From the IMG/VR virus record IMGVR_UViG_3300005985_000001, positions 1 to 64,000 of that record: a stretch of DNA of 64,000 nt; one strand, written 5' to 3'. Every line of letters begins with the position of its first letter. Within the stretch, counting starts at the first letter, position 1. The stretch comes from a virus (lineage: Duplodnaviria; Caudoviricetes). The translations under genes were made by a program, and so were the position numbers. Shown here one piece after another: positions 10,151-20,573 of this stretch. The notes below the pieces were generated by a model. That model saw nothing but the letters and a program-made list of their open reading frames with translations. It was not told the DNA's origin and did no database searches.

Positions 10151-11652
10151 TAGATTAATCTCCTTGATGCATCTTTCAGGTCTTCATCGAACGATTTGAC
10201 TTGCTCCTGGGCGAATAGCGGGAGTTCCCAGGTCGCCGCTTTTGAAATGTCGGTCATGATGAAAAAAGCATTCTCCACCAGCGCATAGGCTTGCGTGGTG
10301 TCATTGTCATTGGCGCGGAGAATGTCGTAGCGAATGACGCTCTGGCGCTTCTGCTTGCCTTCGGTCTGCCAGGAACGATCTCGTCCAAGCGCGTCCTTGA
10401 AGGGAACGCCGTTCTCATCGGTGAAGAGGACGCTTTTGGTCGCATTCAGCACTCGTAGAGCGATATGAATCTGCGCTACGAAGATCGGTGTATTGGAGCC
10501 GTGAGCACGGCTATCACCCTGTTCTCGGTTCGCACCGGTGAAGCTTTCCTGTGAGAGCAGAATGATGTGACATTCGTAGCGTACCGCGATGTCCTTGATG
10601 TAGTTGGAGATCAGGGCAATGGCTTCGACATCCGATTTATTGCTGGCTTTGGTAATGCGCTGCAAGTAGTCGATGATGACCAGGAGTGGACGATTGCGGG
10701 CGTCTGCCATGCGCTTGTGGATGCGGATCTTGGTGGTGATTTCGCTGAGCTTAGAGCCAGCGATATACTCGAAATACATCCGACCACAGGTATTCCAGTG
10801 CTGGCGCTGTTCTTCGAGATAAGCCCGATAGGGCGCTTCGAAGGGTGGTTTATGCAGATTGACCTTGCCATCGCGGAGTGCCTTGCCGGGGATGAGCAGA
10901 TCACGCGCCAGAAAGCGTTCCTCGATGGTGGTGGGTGAGGTTTCCAGCAGCAGCACTAGCACATCGGTGTCATTCTCTAAAGCGTTGTATTCGGCAATTT
11001 CCATTACCGATCCGGTCTTTCCCGCTTTAGGGGCGGCGGTAATAAGTGTAAGGTCGCCCGGCGTGAGTACAGGTGCAGCTTCTCGCAGTGCTGCCAGATG
11101 CAGTACTGCACCTAGTGCCTGACCCTGCTGGGCGCGTTCTACGCGCTTGCGCTGCACGTCCTGAAACATCTCCATGAGTTCAACCCGGTTGTAGCTTTGC
11201 TGCACATCGGCAATTGGCAGGTTGATCAGCGAATCGAGCATCCGATCCCGCTTCTCGCCAACATCGCCGTAGTCCATCCCTGCTACACGCATCACTTCTT
11301 TCGCCGCTTCGCTGAGAAGCTCCTGCTTGACCCACGAGGTAAACCAAATCGCTCCAGCACGAATTAAAGGGACACTGGAAGCCTCTCCGGCAAGCTTCTC
11401 AATCTTTTCACGAAGATTCTGATCATTGCTTCGACAGAGTAACGTAATGTTATCTACATTTGGGGGCAATCCTTTCTCTTCGGCGAGATAAAATGCTTCC
11501 AGAACTTGTTTCTCAAATTTCAAGTCAGCAGGGATGAGATCTGGTGTTACTGAATCTGAACCCATGTCCCCCAAGCGACTTGTTGTTTCAGAGAACAGGT
11601 CTGCGAGTAGATTGCGTAGAACACTGACTGTCTGGGCAGGCGTTTTTGCCAA
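10150..11652 (-). CDS. dnaB: DnaB-like replicative helicase
   Basis: Walker A AAPKAGKT, LLLET, Walker B LLVIIDYLQ, IILLSQ; two-domain 500 aa layout. Confidence 0.9.
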   Translation of the reverse strand: MAKTPAQTVSVLRNLLADLFSETTSRLGDMGSDSVTPDLIPADLKFEKQVLEAFYLAEEKGLPPNVDNITLLCRSNDQNLREKIEKLAGEASSVPLIRAGAIWFTSWVKQELLSEAAKEVMRVAGMDYGDVGEKRDRMLDSLINLPIADVQQSYNRVELMEMFQDVQRKRVERAQQGQALGAVLHLAALREAAPVLTPGDLTLITAAPKAGKTGSVMEIAEYNALENDTDVLVLLLETSPTTIEERFLARDLLIPGKALRDGKVNLHKPPFEAPYRAYLEEQRQHWNTCGRMYFEYIAGSKLSEITTKIRIHKRMADARNRPLLVIIDYLQRITKASNKSDVEAIALISNYIKDIAVRYECHIILLSQESFTGANREQGDSRAHGSNTPIFVAQIHIALRVLNATKSVLFTDENGVPFKDALGRDRSWQTEGKQKRQSVIRYDILRANDNDTTQAYALVENAFFIMTDISKAATWELPLFAQEQVKSFDEDLKDASRRLI

Positions 11653-11696
11653 GTGTATTCTCCTTCGGTGAGTTCCGGTGGTGACGGAACGTTCCG

Positions 11697-12029
11697 TTAG
11701 TCGAGCAAAGGTCTGAATTTTTCTTCAATCGTGCCATTACAGTAGAACAATTCATGCCCCATCACATCCAATCGAAGAATGACCTGGTAGCCCTGCATTT
11801 CGCCGCGAACCTCACGAGGATAGAAGATGGCCCGGATGCCCAGGATTTCAGCCTGCTTTGAGGCGGTATCCTCGACAGGACGAATAAAAGCAGATTGAGC
11901 AAACGAATCCAAATCCAGGGCGTCTTGATCAATATGCCAGCACATCGTCGTGCGATCCCAGTGATAGCCCAGTTCAGAGGCTTTCTGATGCATTCGGTAA
12001 AAATCGTTGAAGGTCAATTTAGTGTGCAT
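11697..12029 (-). CDS. Hypothetical protein (likely start MHTKLTF at 12029)
   Basis: Track ORF 11697-12167 overlaps the initiator gene; internal ATG preferred. Confidence 0.55.
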   Translation of the reverse strand: MHTKLTFNDFYRMHQKASELGYHWDRTTMCWHIDQDALDLDSFAQSAFIRPVEDTASKQAEILGIRAIFYPREVRGEMQGYQVILRLDVMGHELFYCNGTIEEKFRPLLD

Positions 12030-13188
12030 CACTCGTCTCCAGGATAACCGGCGCTTTCTTAAATACAATCGAAGAGACTGCACCTTCTGGAACAGGTTCT
12101 GGGACAAAGGGCACTTCAGGCAGTGAAGTAGGCTGCTCAGGACGTTTATAGAGGTCTTCATAGGCAAACCATCCGTGAGGGTGTGTATAGTTGCCGAGCA
12201 TATCGATCACCTGCGAAGCCCCTGCGCCATTGGCGATCATGGTAGACGCTTTCTTGGTGGCAAAGTCCTTGAAGATGGGATCGCTGTCGAAGAGGTCATT
12301 CGGAGAAGGATGCATATGCCGGTCGCCGAATTGGTCGGGTACAGGCACATCCCGATCCAATTGATCTCGCATGTTGTCGGTGAGCTTGTTTCGTCCAAGT
12401 GCCTTGAGGAGATACTGCTCCAGTGAAGAATACTTGGGGGGTTTTGCGTCTTCGCCCACAGAGGTACTGCCGGAGAAGTGATTTTGTTGTTTGCGCTTTG
12501 GCTTGTTCTTCGCCGCAGGAGCGCCCGCTTGCGGGCCGACTGCATCTTTAAGATCTGTTGTATTCTCTGAAGTGCTCTTTGTAGTGTTCTCTGTATTAGA
12601 TTCGGTATTTAATACCAGGGGGGTGGTATCAAATACGGAGGGGGGTGTATTTGGTACCAGGGGGTCTGTATCTGATACCAGGGGTGTCGGCTGAAATCCA
12701 TCGATTTTGAAGATATTGATGATCGTTTGATAGTCTTTTTCAACTACTTCAATGCCGACAAACTCCATCCAGATCTTGATGCGTCGTTCAAATTCCGGCC
12801 AGTTCACTCGCAACCAAGGCGTCTTCAATCCAACCTCACCATGTAATTCATAGAAGATCAAGGAACGTTCCGTCAAACGTTCAAGCGAACGACGCACGGT
12901 TTCATTTTTAACACGGGTTTCTGTAAACCAGTCCTTGTGATTCTTGGTAATCCAGTAATGCCCGTCCTTTTGACGACGAAGACGGCTTTCCCCTGTTTCC
13001 TGATTAGGTCCATGCCAGTACATAATCTGCGAAAACACCAGCCCATCAATCAGATTGCCATCATTGATGTCGATATAGGGCAATGCAAGATAAACACCTC
13101 GACGTGCCTCAAACTGAGCGCGTACCCACTGACGGCCAAACTCGTTGTCGATGGCTTGTTCAACTGTAATCACTCGAGTGCCCTCCAA
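12019..13188 (-). CDS. Phage replication initiator / replisome organiser
   Basis: N-terminal wHTH (SQIMYW...W..K....WF.E......TVRRSL..L), low-complexity linker with DNA repeats, located upstream of dnaB. Confidence 0.75.
   Translation of the reverse strand: MEGTRVITVEQAIDNEFGRQWVRAQFEARRGVYLALPYIDINDGNLIDGLVFSQIMYWHGPNQETGESRLRRQKDGHYWITKNHKDWFTETRVKNETVRRSLERLTERSLIFYELHGEVGLKTPWLRVNWPEFERRIKIWMEFVGIEVVEKDYQTIINIFKIDGFQPTPLVSDTDPLVPNTPPSVFDTTPLVLNTESNTENTTKSTSENTTDLKDAVGPQAGAPAAKNKPKRKQQNHFSGSTSVGEDAKPPKYSSLEQYLLKALGRNKLTDNMRDQLDRDVPVPDQFGDRHMHPSPNDLFDSDPIFKDFATKKASTMIANGAGASQVIDMLGNYTHPHGWFAYEDLYKRPEQPTSLPEVPFVPEPVPEGAVSSIVFKKAPVILETSDAH
12613..12686. repeat. Iteron-like direct repeats (TACCAGGGG x3 plus one variant) inside the initiator gene; probable origin
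   Basis: TACCAGGGG near 12614, 12655 and 12676 and TACGGAGGGGG near 12634, about 21 bp apart; lambda-O-like arrangement. Confidence 0.6.
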
Positions 13189-14535
13189 GCATCCTTGTTA
13201 TCGTCAATACCTATTAAGCCATCACATTCAGCAATCAACCGAAGAACCCGGATAGCAGCTTCTTCGCCACCGAACTTGGCAATAGCTTTTGCTAACCAAC
13301 CATGCATCCCAACAAGGCTGTGATAGTTCTCATTTTCTGCCGCGCTATCGAGATACTCTGCTAATTCATCAAGTGCGACTTCAGTTACAAGCTCAACCGA
13401 GCCATCTTCATCGCTGGTTCCCGGCTTGTAATGCTCTGAGGTTGATAGATATTCGTAGATCTCCATTTCATCGGGGTCGTCATCGAAACGCTCAATTTCT
13501 TTTACACGCACTAATTGGTATCGCATATCGTCTCCTTTGCATCTGGAATGTCGGTAAAATAGACCCGATATTTGGTGCCGGTGATGCGCTTCCACTTGCC
13601 GGTCCAGGACCAGCGATTGGTGCCCAGTACCTGCATATCGGGCTGATACACCGGAATATCGCCAGCAAGTTTCAGAAACACTTCACCGACAATATCCGCA
13701 GGCAGGATCATCACGATGATGTCGGGGATGCCAAATTTCGCGGTCATCTCACCAAAGGCTTGACCGCCACTCTGCCAGCGTTGGGGGTGGGGTGAGGTCA
13801 ACCAGCAGACCTCATAGCCCCGTTGATTCAAGTATTCGACCTGCTCTTGTAAAGGTGCGTGATCCGAAAGCCAGACGCATCTCATAACCGTGTATTCGCA
13901 ATCTCGGTAATTAACTCTTCGAAGACATGCAGAAACTTCTTGTTGATGGTCGCGGTAATGTGCAGAATGCCAGATAAAGCGCCTTCGGATTTGATATTGA
14001 AGCTGAAGTCCTGATCCACATAGTTTGCAAGCTGCTGCACTTGTCCAATGGTTAAGGTATATTCACGGGTGACACGTTCAATACTGCTCATAGGTATTCA
14101 CTGTTTCTCCTTTTTACGAAGATGTAAGTTGTTCTTCGCCTGTCCAGAAATCGGCAATGCGCTCTTCATCAAAGCCAATTAGAGCCAAATACCAGTTAAT
14201 AGTTTCAGCGCAGTCGTTTAAGTCGAAGCCATCAGTTTCGTCAAACTGAACACCCTTTTGACGGCAGGCGTCCACCAAGTTCATGAACTCGCCAATCAAG
14301 AAGTGTAGACTTTCTCCGTAAGTTGTATCGTTCATTGTGCTTTCTCCAGTTTAACGGAGGCGATCACTTCGTCGCCTTCAATCCAATCCCATTGAAACAA
14401 AGAGACTCGCGTATAAAAGCTGAAATACTGCTCGATGCATTCCATCGCTTCCTGGCGAGTCCGTCGAAACAGTTGGGGGAACTCCTGATTGCTCCCCCGA
14501 TGAATGTAGATGACGTTCCAGAGGGTATTGCTCAT
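13170..14535 (-). CDS. Five hypothetical proteins (13170-~13526, 13511-13885, 13882-14091, 14114-14335, 14332-14535)
   Basis: Tandem ORFs with overlapping junctions. Confidence 0.6.
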
Positions 14536-15626
14536 CGCAGCACTGGCTCTAAACCGAATTGCTTCGTTAACCAGGCATTCCCCATGCCCGCCTGCAAAAC
14601 TTCTCCCGAATCCTTGTACTCTTTTGGAGGTGCGATGATGCGTCCCCGATTGAGAATCTGATGTAACTTCTCCGCCTTCTTTAGCCCAGGCTCGTCATTG
14701 TCCCGAACAATGTAGAGCATCGGAATGTGCTCGAAGATCTTCGGCAGCATTGGGTTCAGTTCTGCTGAGAGAGTCACGCCAGCGGCGGGCCAGCCCGCGT
14801 CCATCATCGCCAATGTATCCATCTCTTTGGGTTCGGCATGAATCAACAAAAACGGCTGACTGCGCTTGAGGATCTTGCCTTCCTGCGCTTCCGCGACCAT
14901 CTGCACATTGAAGACTCGCGCGACACTCCCTTCTTCTCGGCGATACTTGGGACCACCACAGTGCTTCAGGATGTCCTCATTGGTAATCGTGCGTCCAAGT
15001 TTCTTGAACAAATCATCAATCACCTCAAAGTAGCGGGGATGATCCAGAAAGGTATCGAGGAAGTGCTGGTCATCACGGCGATAGTTGATCTCACGGACTT
15101 CACCGTTGAAGATGTTGGGCAGTGCATAACGCGGTGCTTTGAACCAGACAACTTCGCCAGTGGTCATGGTGTAGGCGGTTGGGAAATCCGTTTTCACGCC
15201 GAGCATGGACGTGTGTGCTGTAGGATCAGTGATCTGGCGCTGCTGATAGTAAGGCAAGCCCAGATCCAGATGCCTGAAATTTGCTTCTACGATACTCATC
15301 GGAATCGAGGGCTTGCGCGGTTCCACCGGCTGCTGAGGACGTGCCGGACGGGGTTCCAGCGGAACGTTCCGTGAAAGCGCCTCAATCGCCTCTTTGATAC
15401 TAAGGTTGTCATACTCCATAACAAAATCGATAATCGTGCCATGCCATTCACAGCCGTAGCAGTGGGCATGGTCTGCCCAGACAGTGAAACTCGGCCGATC
15501 ATCACTGTGAAATGGACAGCAGTACTGGGTGTACTGGGTCGAACGAATTCCCTCTCCAAGATAGGGAGATACGTAGTCTCTCAGGTCATAGGATGACCGG
15601 AGTTGGTCCAGATCGATATTGGACAT
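14532..15626 (-). CDS. dnaG: DnaG-like primase (CHC2 zinc finger + TOPRIM)
   Basis: CCPFHSDDRPSF...HCYGC; AEPKEMDTL; VRDNDEPG. Confidence 0.88.
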   Translation of the reverse strand: MSNIDLDQLRSSYDLRDYVSPYLGEGIRSTQYTQYCCPFHSDDRPSFTVWADHAHCYGCEWHGTIIDFVMEYDNLSIKEAIEALSRNVPLEPRPARPQQPVEPRKPSIPMSIVEANFRHLDLGLPYYQQRQITDPTAHTSMLGVKTDFPTAYTMTTGEVVWFKAPRYALPNIFNGEVREINYRRDDQHFLDTFLDHPRYFEVIDDLFKKLGRTITNEDILKHCGGPKYRREEGSVARVFNVQMVAEAQEGKILKRSQPFLLIHAEPKEMDTLAMMDAGWPAAGVTLSAELNPMLPKIFEHIPMLYIVRDNDEPGLKKAEKLHQILNRGRIIAPPKEYKDSGEVLQAGMGNAWLTKQFGLEPVLR

Positions 15627-15636
15627 GTTGTAAACC

Positions 15637-16272
15637 TTAATCTAAGTGTCGAACAATCAATTTTCCGAGACGGCGAATCACCAGATCCACCTGTTTTCCA
15701 TCCAGGTTCTCCATCCAGCAGGTGGTGGTGCCGTCTGCGTTTACGCGCTCGATAAAAGGAATGGTGATCAGGATCTGCTCTTCCTGAATCGTTTCGGCGA
15801 CGTTCTGTACATCGATGCGAGTGCCCAGGAAAGCTGCATCAAATAACGCGCGTTTCTGGGCATCGGTGGTGCAGGTGGGCAGGCATTGCGAAATGGTGAT
15901 CAGCTTGCCGATAAAGCGTGGCAGCCCGATTAGCTTATCTACGGTAATCTTCTCGTGGGTCTTGGGATGACGCACGGGTGTGTTCTCGTGCAGCTGCTCA
16001 TGCACGTAGCGGAAAGCACGGTCTACCACCAATACCAGCTTACGCAGGTAATCCGGGTCTTCAAAATACTCCACGACTTCGGCATCAATGAACTCATTGA
16101 AGTCTTCGTAGTTCCCAACCGTCACATGAAGCTGGCGTTCATAGACAGTCCACAAGGATGCCAGGATCTTATTGCCCATTGTGGAATGTTCTTCGCCATA
16201 GGCTTGCAGATTCAGGCGTTCGTGAGTAAAGGCTTTTTCGCGTTCTCTTACTTCATCGTAGGCAACAGACAT
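15637..16272 (-). CDS. Hypothetical protein
   Basis: 211 aa; hairpin and SD upstream. Confidence 0.7.
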   Translation of the reverse strand: MSVAYDEVREREKAFTHERLNLQAYGEEHSTMGNKILASLWTVYERQLHVTVGNYEDFNEFIDAEVVEYFEDPDYLRKLVLVVDRAFRYVHEQLHENTPVRHPKTHEKITVDKLIGLPRFIGKLITISQCLPTCTTDAQKRALFDAAFLGTRIDVQNVAETIQEEQILITIPFIERVNADGTTTCWMENLDGKQVDLVIRRLGKLIVRHLD

Positions 16273-16885
16273 CAGCTTTATTCTCCTTCAAACCTGGTGG
16301 TGTCAGGTAAGCGTCGTAGAACGGGTGAGACACAGGCACAGTCCAGTGTCCTTCCCAGTGCAATTCCAAATCTGCCCAAAGCGTACAGGCGTCATAATGA
16401 TTCGCCTGCATCTCCAAGAGCATTCCTTTCTGAACTTTGTACGGCAGACTTCCCTGGGGAAGCAAATCACGCACAGTAACTGCTCGTTCGTAAGGAACCA
16501 AAAAAGCGGCACGCGGCAGCTTGCCCTTACCGCTGGTTTTGCGAAGCATGGTTGTCCAGCGCGTGAGCGGCGTTTCGAAAATCACCGCCAGCCAGTAGCG
16601 GCAGCCGGTATCGCGTTGAAATTCTTCCGCCCACTGCTGCTGACCTTCACGCCAGCCATTCTCGGAGATAAACGAAAACACGCCCTCATGCGCAGTTTTC
16701 ACTTCAATCGCCAGGGATGGCGATCCCAATACAAAGATGTCAGCACTGTTAGGTTCCGACAATGCAAAAAACCCCGCCGCTGCTGAACGGAACCGCCACT
16801 GCGGATGGTTGACCAGGGGGGTGATCTCCCCCTGGTAAATGTCCTTCCCATTCGACCGTGCTTTGCGCTTGGTCGTCTTCGTCAT
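16253..16885 (-). CDS. PD-(D/E)xK nuclease, possible Holliday-junction resolvase (RecU-like)
   Basis: NSADIF...LAIEVKT; likely start ATG 16885. Confidence 0.6.
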   Translation of the reverse strand: MTKTTKRKARSNGKDIYQGEITPLVNHPQWRFRSAAAGFFALSEPNSADIFVLGSPSLAIEVKTAHEGVFSFISENGWREGQQQWAEEFQRDTGCRYWLAVIFETPLTRWTTMLRKTSGKGKLPRAAFLVPYERAVTVRDLLPQGSLPYKVQKGMLLEMQANHYDACTLWADLELHWEGHWTVPVSHPFYDAYLTPPGLKENKADVCCLR

Positions 16886-16889
16886 TGGC

Positions 16890-17996
16890 TCAGGACTGAG
16901 CATGAGCCACCAACTTGGCGAAAAGTTCGTCCCGTCCTTCGATGGTAAATTTCTCGCCAAGCACTGCCACTGCCTTTGCAATCGCAGCGGCATTTGGGTA
17001 ATGCCCATTGCTGATGAGATCCTGGATAAACGCATTCCGCGCGGTATTGAGTGCAACCTGGGCATCAGCCTCCGCTTTGTTCAAGTCGATCTGCGCCTGC
17101 TCGTCGGCAGAAATTACCTGTATGGATGGATCGTGCTCTACCGTGTTCAAATCGCCATAGTCGGCTTGTGGGGCTGCCATGTAGCCAGCAATCAGTTCTG
17201 GGTAAGGTTGTCCGGCATATTCCGGTTCCAGGCGCACCGGCAGCAGTTCGCGGAGAATTGGGCGGGTGCGTTTATCTTCAGGCTTGCCCCAATCCCACCA
17301 GGTCAACCGTGATTTCTTGACCATTGCCCAATGTTTCCCTTCTGGAGTTCGATCTAGCCAGAGCACCAGCGTAGCGATTTCCATGAAATCTGCGCCTCTG
17401 GCGGCTTTCTGGCCCGTTTTTACATTGTTGTTGTAGACATCCTTGATGTGCGACACAAACACGGTGGTCTGGAACCGCTGAGCCAGTTCGAGAGCCAATT
17501 GTTTCCAGTAGAGTGCGGTATCGCCCCACTGGGCCTTAATGCCCATCTCGCCGCTGTAACGCTGGGCAGTTTTGCCAAAAAGTTCAGGGTGTGCGCCCAC
17601 GTACATGAACGCGCCCTGATAGAGATCGCTCACTGGATCTACGCCCAGGACTGTGTATTGTCCCGGCTGAATTGCTAGAATCTCATCACGCCATACCTCG
17701 AAGAGATCCTTAAACGTATAATCTTTCCCAATCTTTTCACGGGTAATTTTACGGATGTCAAGCAGATCAATCGGCGCTTGGGTTGCAATGGTTTCCTGCG
17801 ACATTTCCAAATCCGTCACCAGTGTACGTGTTGGTGTACCTGGACGAACCGGATCAACTGTCGCAATAAATGTCGATTTCCCAGTTTTATAAGCCCCGAT
17901 AATCCAAATAAAAGGAATGGGACTTAAACCTTGTACATCACTTACATTTTGGATAAATGTAGACGGCCAAATCGCAGAAACCGCAGGGGTCTGCAT
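16890..17996 (-). CDS. AAA_24/Sak4-like ATPase (ssDNA annealing protein candidate)
   Basis: Walker A GAYKTGKST, VLGVDPVSDLY, VFVSH; near an exonuclease gene. Confidence 0.7.
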   Translation of the reverse strand: MQTPAVSAIWPSTFIQNVSDVQGLSPIPFIWIIGAYKTGKSTFIATVDPVRPGTPTRTLVTDLEMSQETIATQAPIDLLDIRKITREKIGKDYTFKDLFEVWRDEILAIQPGQYTVLGVDPVSDLYQGAFMYVGAHPELFGKTAQRYSGEMGIKAQWGDTALYWKQLALELAQRFQTTVFVSHIKDVYNNNVKTGQKAARGADFMEIATLVLWLDRTPEGKHWAMVKKSRLTWWDWGKPEDKRTRPILRELLPVRLEPEYAGQPYPELIAGYMAAPQADYGDLNTVEHDPSIQVISADEQAQIDLNKAEADAQVALNTARNAFIQDLISNGHYPNAAAIAKAVAVLGEKFTIEGRDELFAKLVAHAQS

Positions 17997-18040
17997 CAGG
18001 TGTATCCTCCTTCTTGTGCCGGGGTGGTGTCCCGGTCAGT

Positions 18041-18487
18041 TTACAAATAGACCGCTTGCTCCAGTATAGGGTTGTTTTTGCTGTCCACAGGCATAATGAC
18101 GGGGAATTGACGCCAGTCCTGCCCGAACTGCTGAATAAACTGCTCTCCTTTCCTGGTTAATTGATATGGCATTTTGCCATTGTCGGACGATTCGAGGAAC
18201 CCGAAGGTTCGGAGCTTGTCGATGTGGGCTTGTAACACCCAGTTGGAGGTGACTGGAAGCGTGCGGTCTTCTTTGATCCCATGTTCGTAGATAAAGGTGT
18301 TGAGATACGACATGAGGCGTTCGCTGGTTGGAGGTTTTCCAGCACTTGTGGTAATATGTATTATACTCGCTAAAATGAGCAAATCAATGAATTGCAAGCT
18401 TTGATTTGCCTTGAACAATTCCTGCCACCTCAACGGTTCAAAAAGCAATTTGCAAGCCCTCCTCAGTGTACAATGCCCCATTTTCAA
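18041..18487 (-). CDS. Winged-helix DNA-binding protein
   Basis: HIDKLRTFGFLES....YQLTRKGE wing motif. Confidence 0.55.
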   Translation of the reverse strand: MKMGHCTLRRACKLLFEPLRWQELFKANQSLQFIDLLILASIIHITTSAGKPPTSERLMSYLNTFIYEHGIKEDRTLPVTSNWVLQAHIDKLRTFGFLESSDNGKMPYQLTRKGEQFIQQFGQDWRQFPVIMPVDSKNNPILEQAVYL

Positions 18488-19340
18488 TCACTTCGGGAGC
18501 AGAGTGGCACCAATAGGCGCAGGCAGCATCGATGATACCCGGTGCGCCGTTTTTTGGATACTTTCTGATCGAGCGGCATTGCCAAGCATGATCGCCATCC
18601 ATCAGGTCAATCGGTGGTTTGGTTTCGCCGTTGAGATACTGCATCTGGTACATCACTTCGCCGACGAGTGTTTCACGGTTGATGTGTTCTGGCGTATTCA
18701 GCGGATGTGCCCATGAGTAGCCATGCTCAGAGACCAGCGAGTAGCCGCCAGACACCGGCACCAAGTCCCAGATCTCCATCATACTCATCGGATCGGTGAA
18801 ATCACGGTAAGCGGGGGTGTTCAAAATGACTAGATGCCCAGCGCAGTTGTGCCCGATCATGTCCATATAGGCAAGTAGCTGGAACACATCCCCGATACGG
18901 GGCTGCGGGAATTTGTCCTTATACGTAGGCAGCCGGTGCTTGACTTCGATAGCGTGACTTTGTTTCGGAGTTCTCACAAAACCATCATAGCGCCCTTGCA
19001 GCGGAAGTGTAGGATGCTGAAGAACACGCTCGACAGCACCAACCCAATCTCCGTAACGCGCTCCAAAGAGAATGCTTTCCTGAAAGGCTTCTGCTGAACG
19101 CACGCCCAACTGCATCCTGTGCATCAGTGAGACATTTGCCCGTTTGGTCAGATGTTCAAAGACCGGCGTTCTGCCGGAACGCTCCGCAGCCGCTTTCAAT
19201 GGGCAGTCCATTAAGGATGATGCATGAACCAGCCCTTCGGTATAGTTATGATCTTCGGTGAACGACATACGTTCACCGCCGTCATCGAGATAGAGTAAAT
19301 AGTCGTAATACTGTTTTCGCAGTCGTTCTGAAAACTGCAT
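18438..19340 (-). CDS. Cas4/RecB-like PD-(D/E)xK exonuclease
   Basis: HASSLMDCP; GRYDG; AIEVKH; QLLAY; C-terminal Cys cluster. Confidence 0.8.
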   Translation of the reverse strand: MQFSERLRKQYYDYLLYLDDGGERMSFTEDHNYTEGLVHASSLMDCPLKAAAERSGRTPVFEHLTKRANVSLMHRMQLGVRSAEAFQESILFGARYGDWVGAVERVLQHPTLPLQGRYDGFVRTPKQSHAIEVKHRLPTYKDKFPQPRIGDVFQLLAYMDMIGHNCAGHLVILNTPAYRDFTDPMSMMEIWDLVPVSGGYSLVSEHGYSWAHPLNTPEHINRETLVGEVMYQMQYLNGETKPPIDLMDGDHAWQCRSIRKYPKNGAPGIIDAACAYWCHSAPEVIENGALYTEEGLQIAF

Positions 19341-19416
19341 TGAGTAGTCTCCTTCATGGAAGTCCAGTGGTGGTGGACTAAAAACCTGTACTGATTATAC
19401 TACGAAATGGTGAAAA

Positions 19417-19914
19417 ATGGAAACTGAAATTCAAACCGTGCATGATCTCCTTCCGCTGACGCTTTTAGCCGAATACCCACAACTCCCGATTGCCATTCGA
19501 TACTTGCTGCTTCGGGATGACCCCGAGCATCTCCAGATGGGGCAAATTCTGGAAACGCTGCAAGACGAATTCCCGGATATGCCGAAGACCATATCGGGGA
19601 TGTACGGCAGGGTCGAACAGTGGCGGCGTGACGGCACGCTGGACAAAGCCAATGAGATTGTAGTCGCGCCCAAGATCGAAGAACTCCGTGCGGCTGTGTA
19701 TCGCGTCATCACTGCGATGCCCAAGATGCTGGATAAACTGGTCGATGACGTGCTCTCAGGCACCGCGAAGAGCAAGACCCTGGAGCACGTCATGTACCTC
19801 TACCAGGAAATTGTGAAACCGGAAATGGCAACTCAGGAAGAACCAGGCGCAAAAGAGAAGCGGTTCCTGGAACGTACCACCAACTTCAATCCTCTGGATA
19901 TAGAGGAGGTTTAG
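19417..19914 (+). CDS. HTH-like protein; only rightward gene in the left arm (TerS-like or regulator)
   Basis: 165 aa helical ORF flanked by divergent promoter elements at 19374-19406. Confidence 0.65.
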   Translation: METEIQTVHDLLPLTLLAEYPQLPIAIRYLLLRDDPEHLQMGQILETLQDEFPDMPKTISGMYGRVEQWRRDGTLDKANEIVVAPKIEELRAAVYRVITAMPKMLDKLVDDVLSGTAKSKTLEHVMYLYQEIVKPEMATQEEPGAKEKRFLERTTNFNPLDIEEV

Positions 19915-20318
19915 TCTCCTTCATAACCACCGCTCAAATCTGACAAATCCATTGCAATCCAGTGAGCAGCAACTAAGGCTCTGCGATTACTACGTTCATC
20001 TTCGGTTTCTGCTGTTTCAGCCCAGAGATTATAGAAGTCTTTGTAGATTTCGTTATCAACTTCTTGCTGGGTAGGATAGGGATACCTGAATTGATCTTTC
20101 CCAAATTGATCAAAAACCGCAATACGCTCTATGCGACCGTCTACATGGTAGATTTTTGTCCAGAACCGGTAGCCACCTTCTAGGCGTTCGATTTCATCGT
20201 TTACATTAACAACGAAGTGCCCGTCCTGAAATGCAAGGTTATATCCACCCGTGACTACGTTTTGATTGTGAAATAACTTTGCCAGCACTTTAAGTTCTTG
20301 TTCATATCTTTCGTGCAT
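19911..20318 (-). CDS. Hypothetical protein
   Basis: 135 aa, AT-rich. Confidence 0.6.
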   Translation of the reverse strand: MHERYEQELKVLAKLFHNQNVVTGGYNLAFQDGHFVVNVNDEIERLEGGYRFWTKIYHVDGRIERIAVFDQFGKDQFRYPYPTQQEVDNEIYKDFYNLWAETAETEDERSNRRALVAAHWIAMDLSDLSGGYEGD

Positions 20319-20360
20319 TTTCCCCTCACCAGAAAACTAAGGCTTTATAACCAGTATAAC

Positions 20361-20513
20361 TCAATTTGTATTTATAGATAGATTTAGAATGCGTCCTGCC
20401 TTTGCACCCTTAGCAGCTTTTACACGTTTTACACGCCCAATACTGCTAATTTCATAAACGCCTTCGTAATCTACAACTGGAAGCCACATTTCAGGAGTAG
20501 TAGTTTCCTGCAT
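20361..20513 (-). pseudogene. Truncated NUMOD4 (homing-endonuclease N-terminus) remnant
   Basis: EMWLPVVDYEGVYEISSIGRVKRV then stop after 50 aa; TGYKALV continues in another frame. Confidence 0.7.
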
Positions 20514-20573
20514 TTGATATTCTCCTTCATGAACCATTGTGGTGAATGGATTATTACTGGATGTTACAGAGGA

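Noticed and set aside
18438-19340. Cas4-like gene as part of a CRISPR-Cas system
   Set aside because: No array or other cas genes; the context is a phage recombination module.
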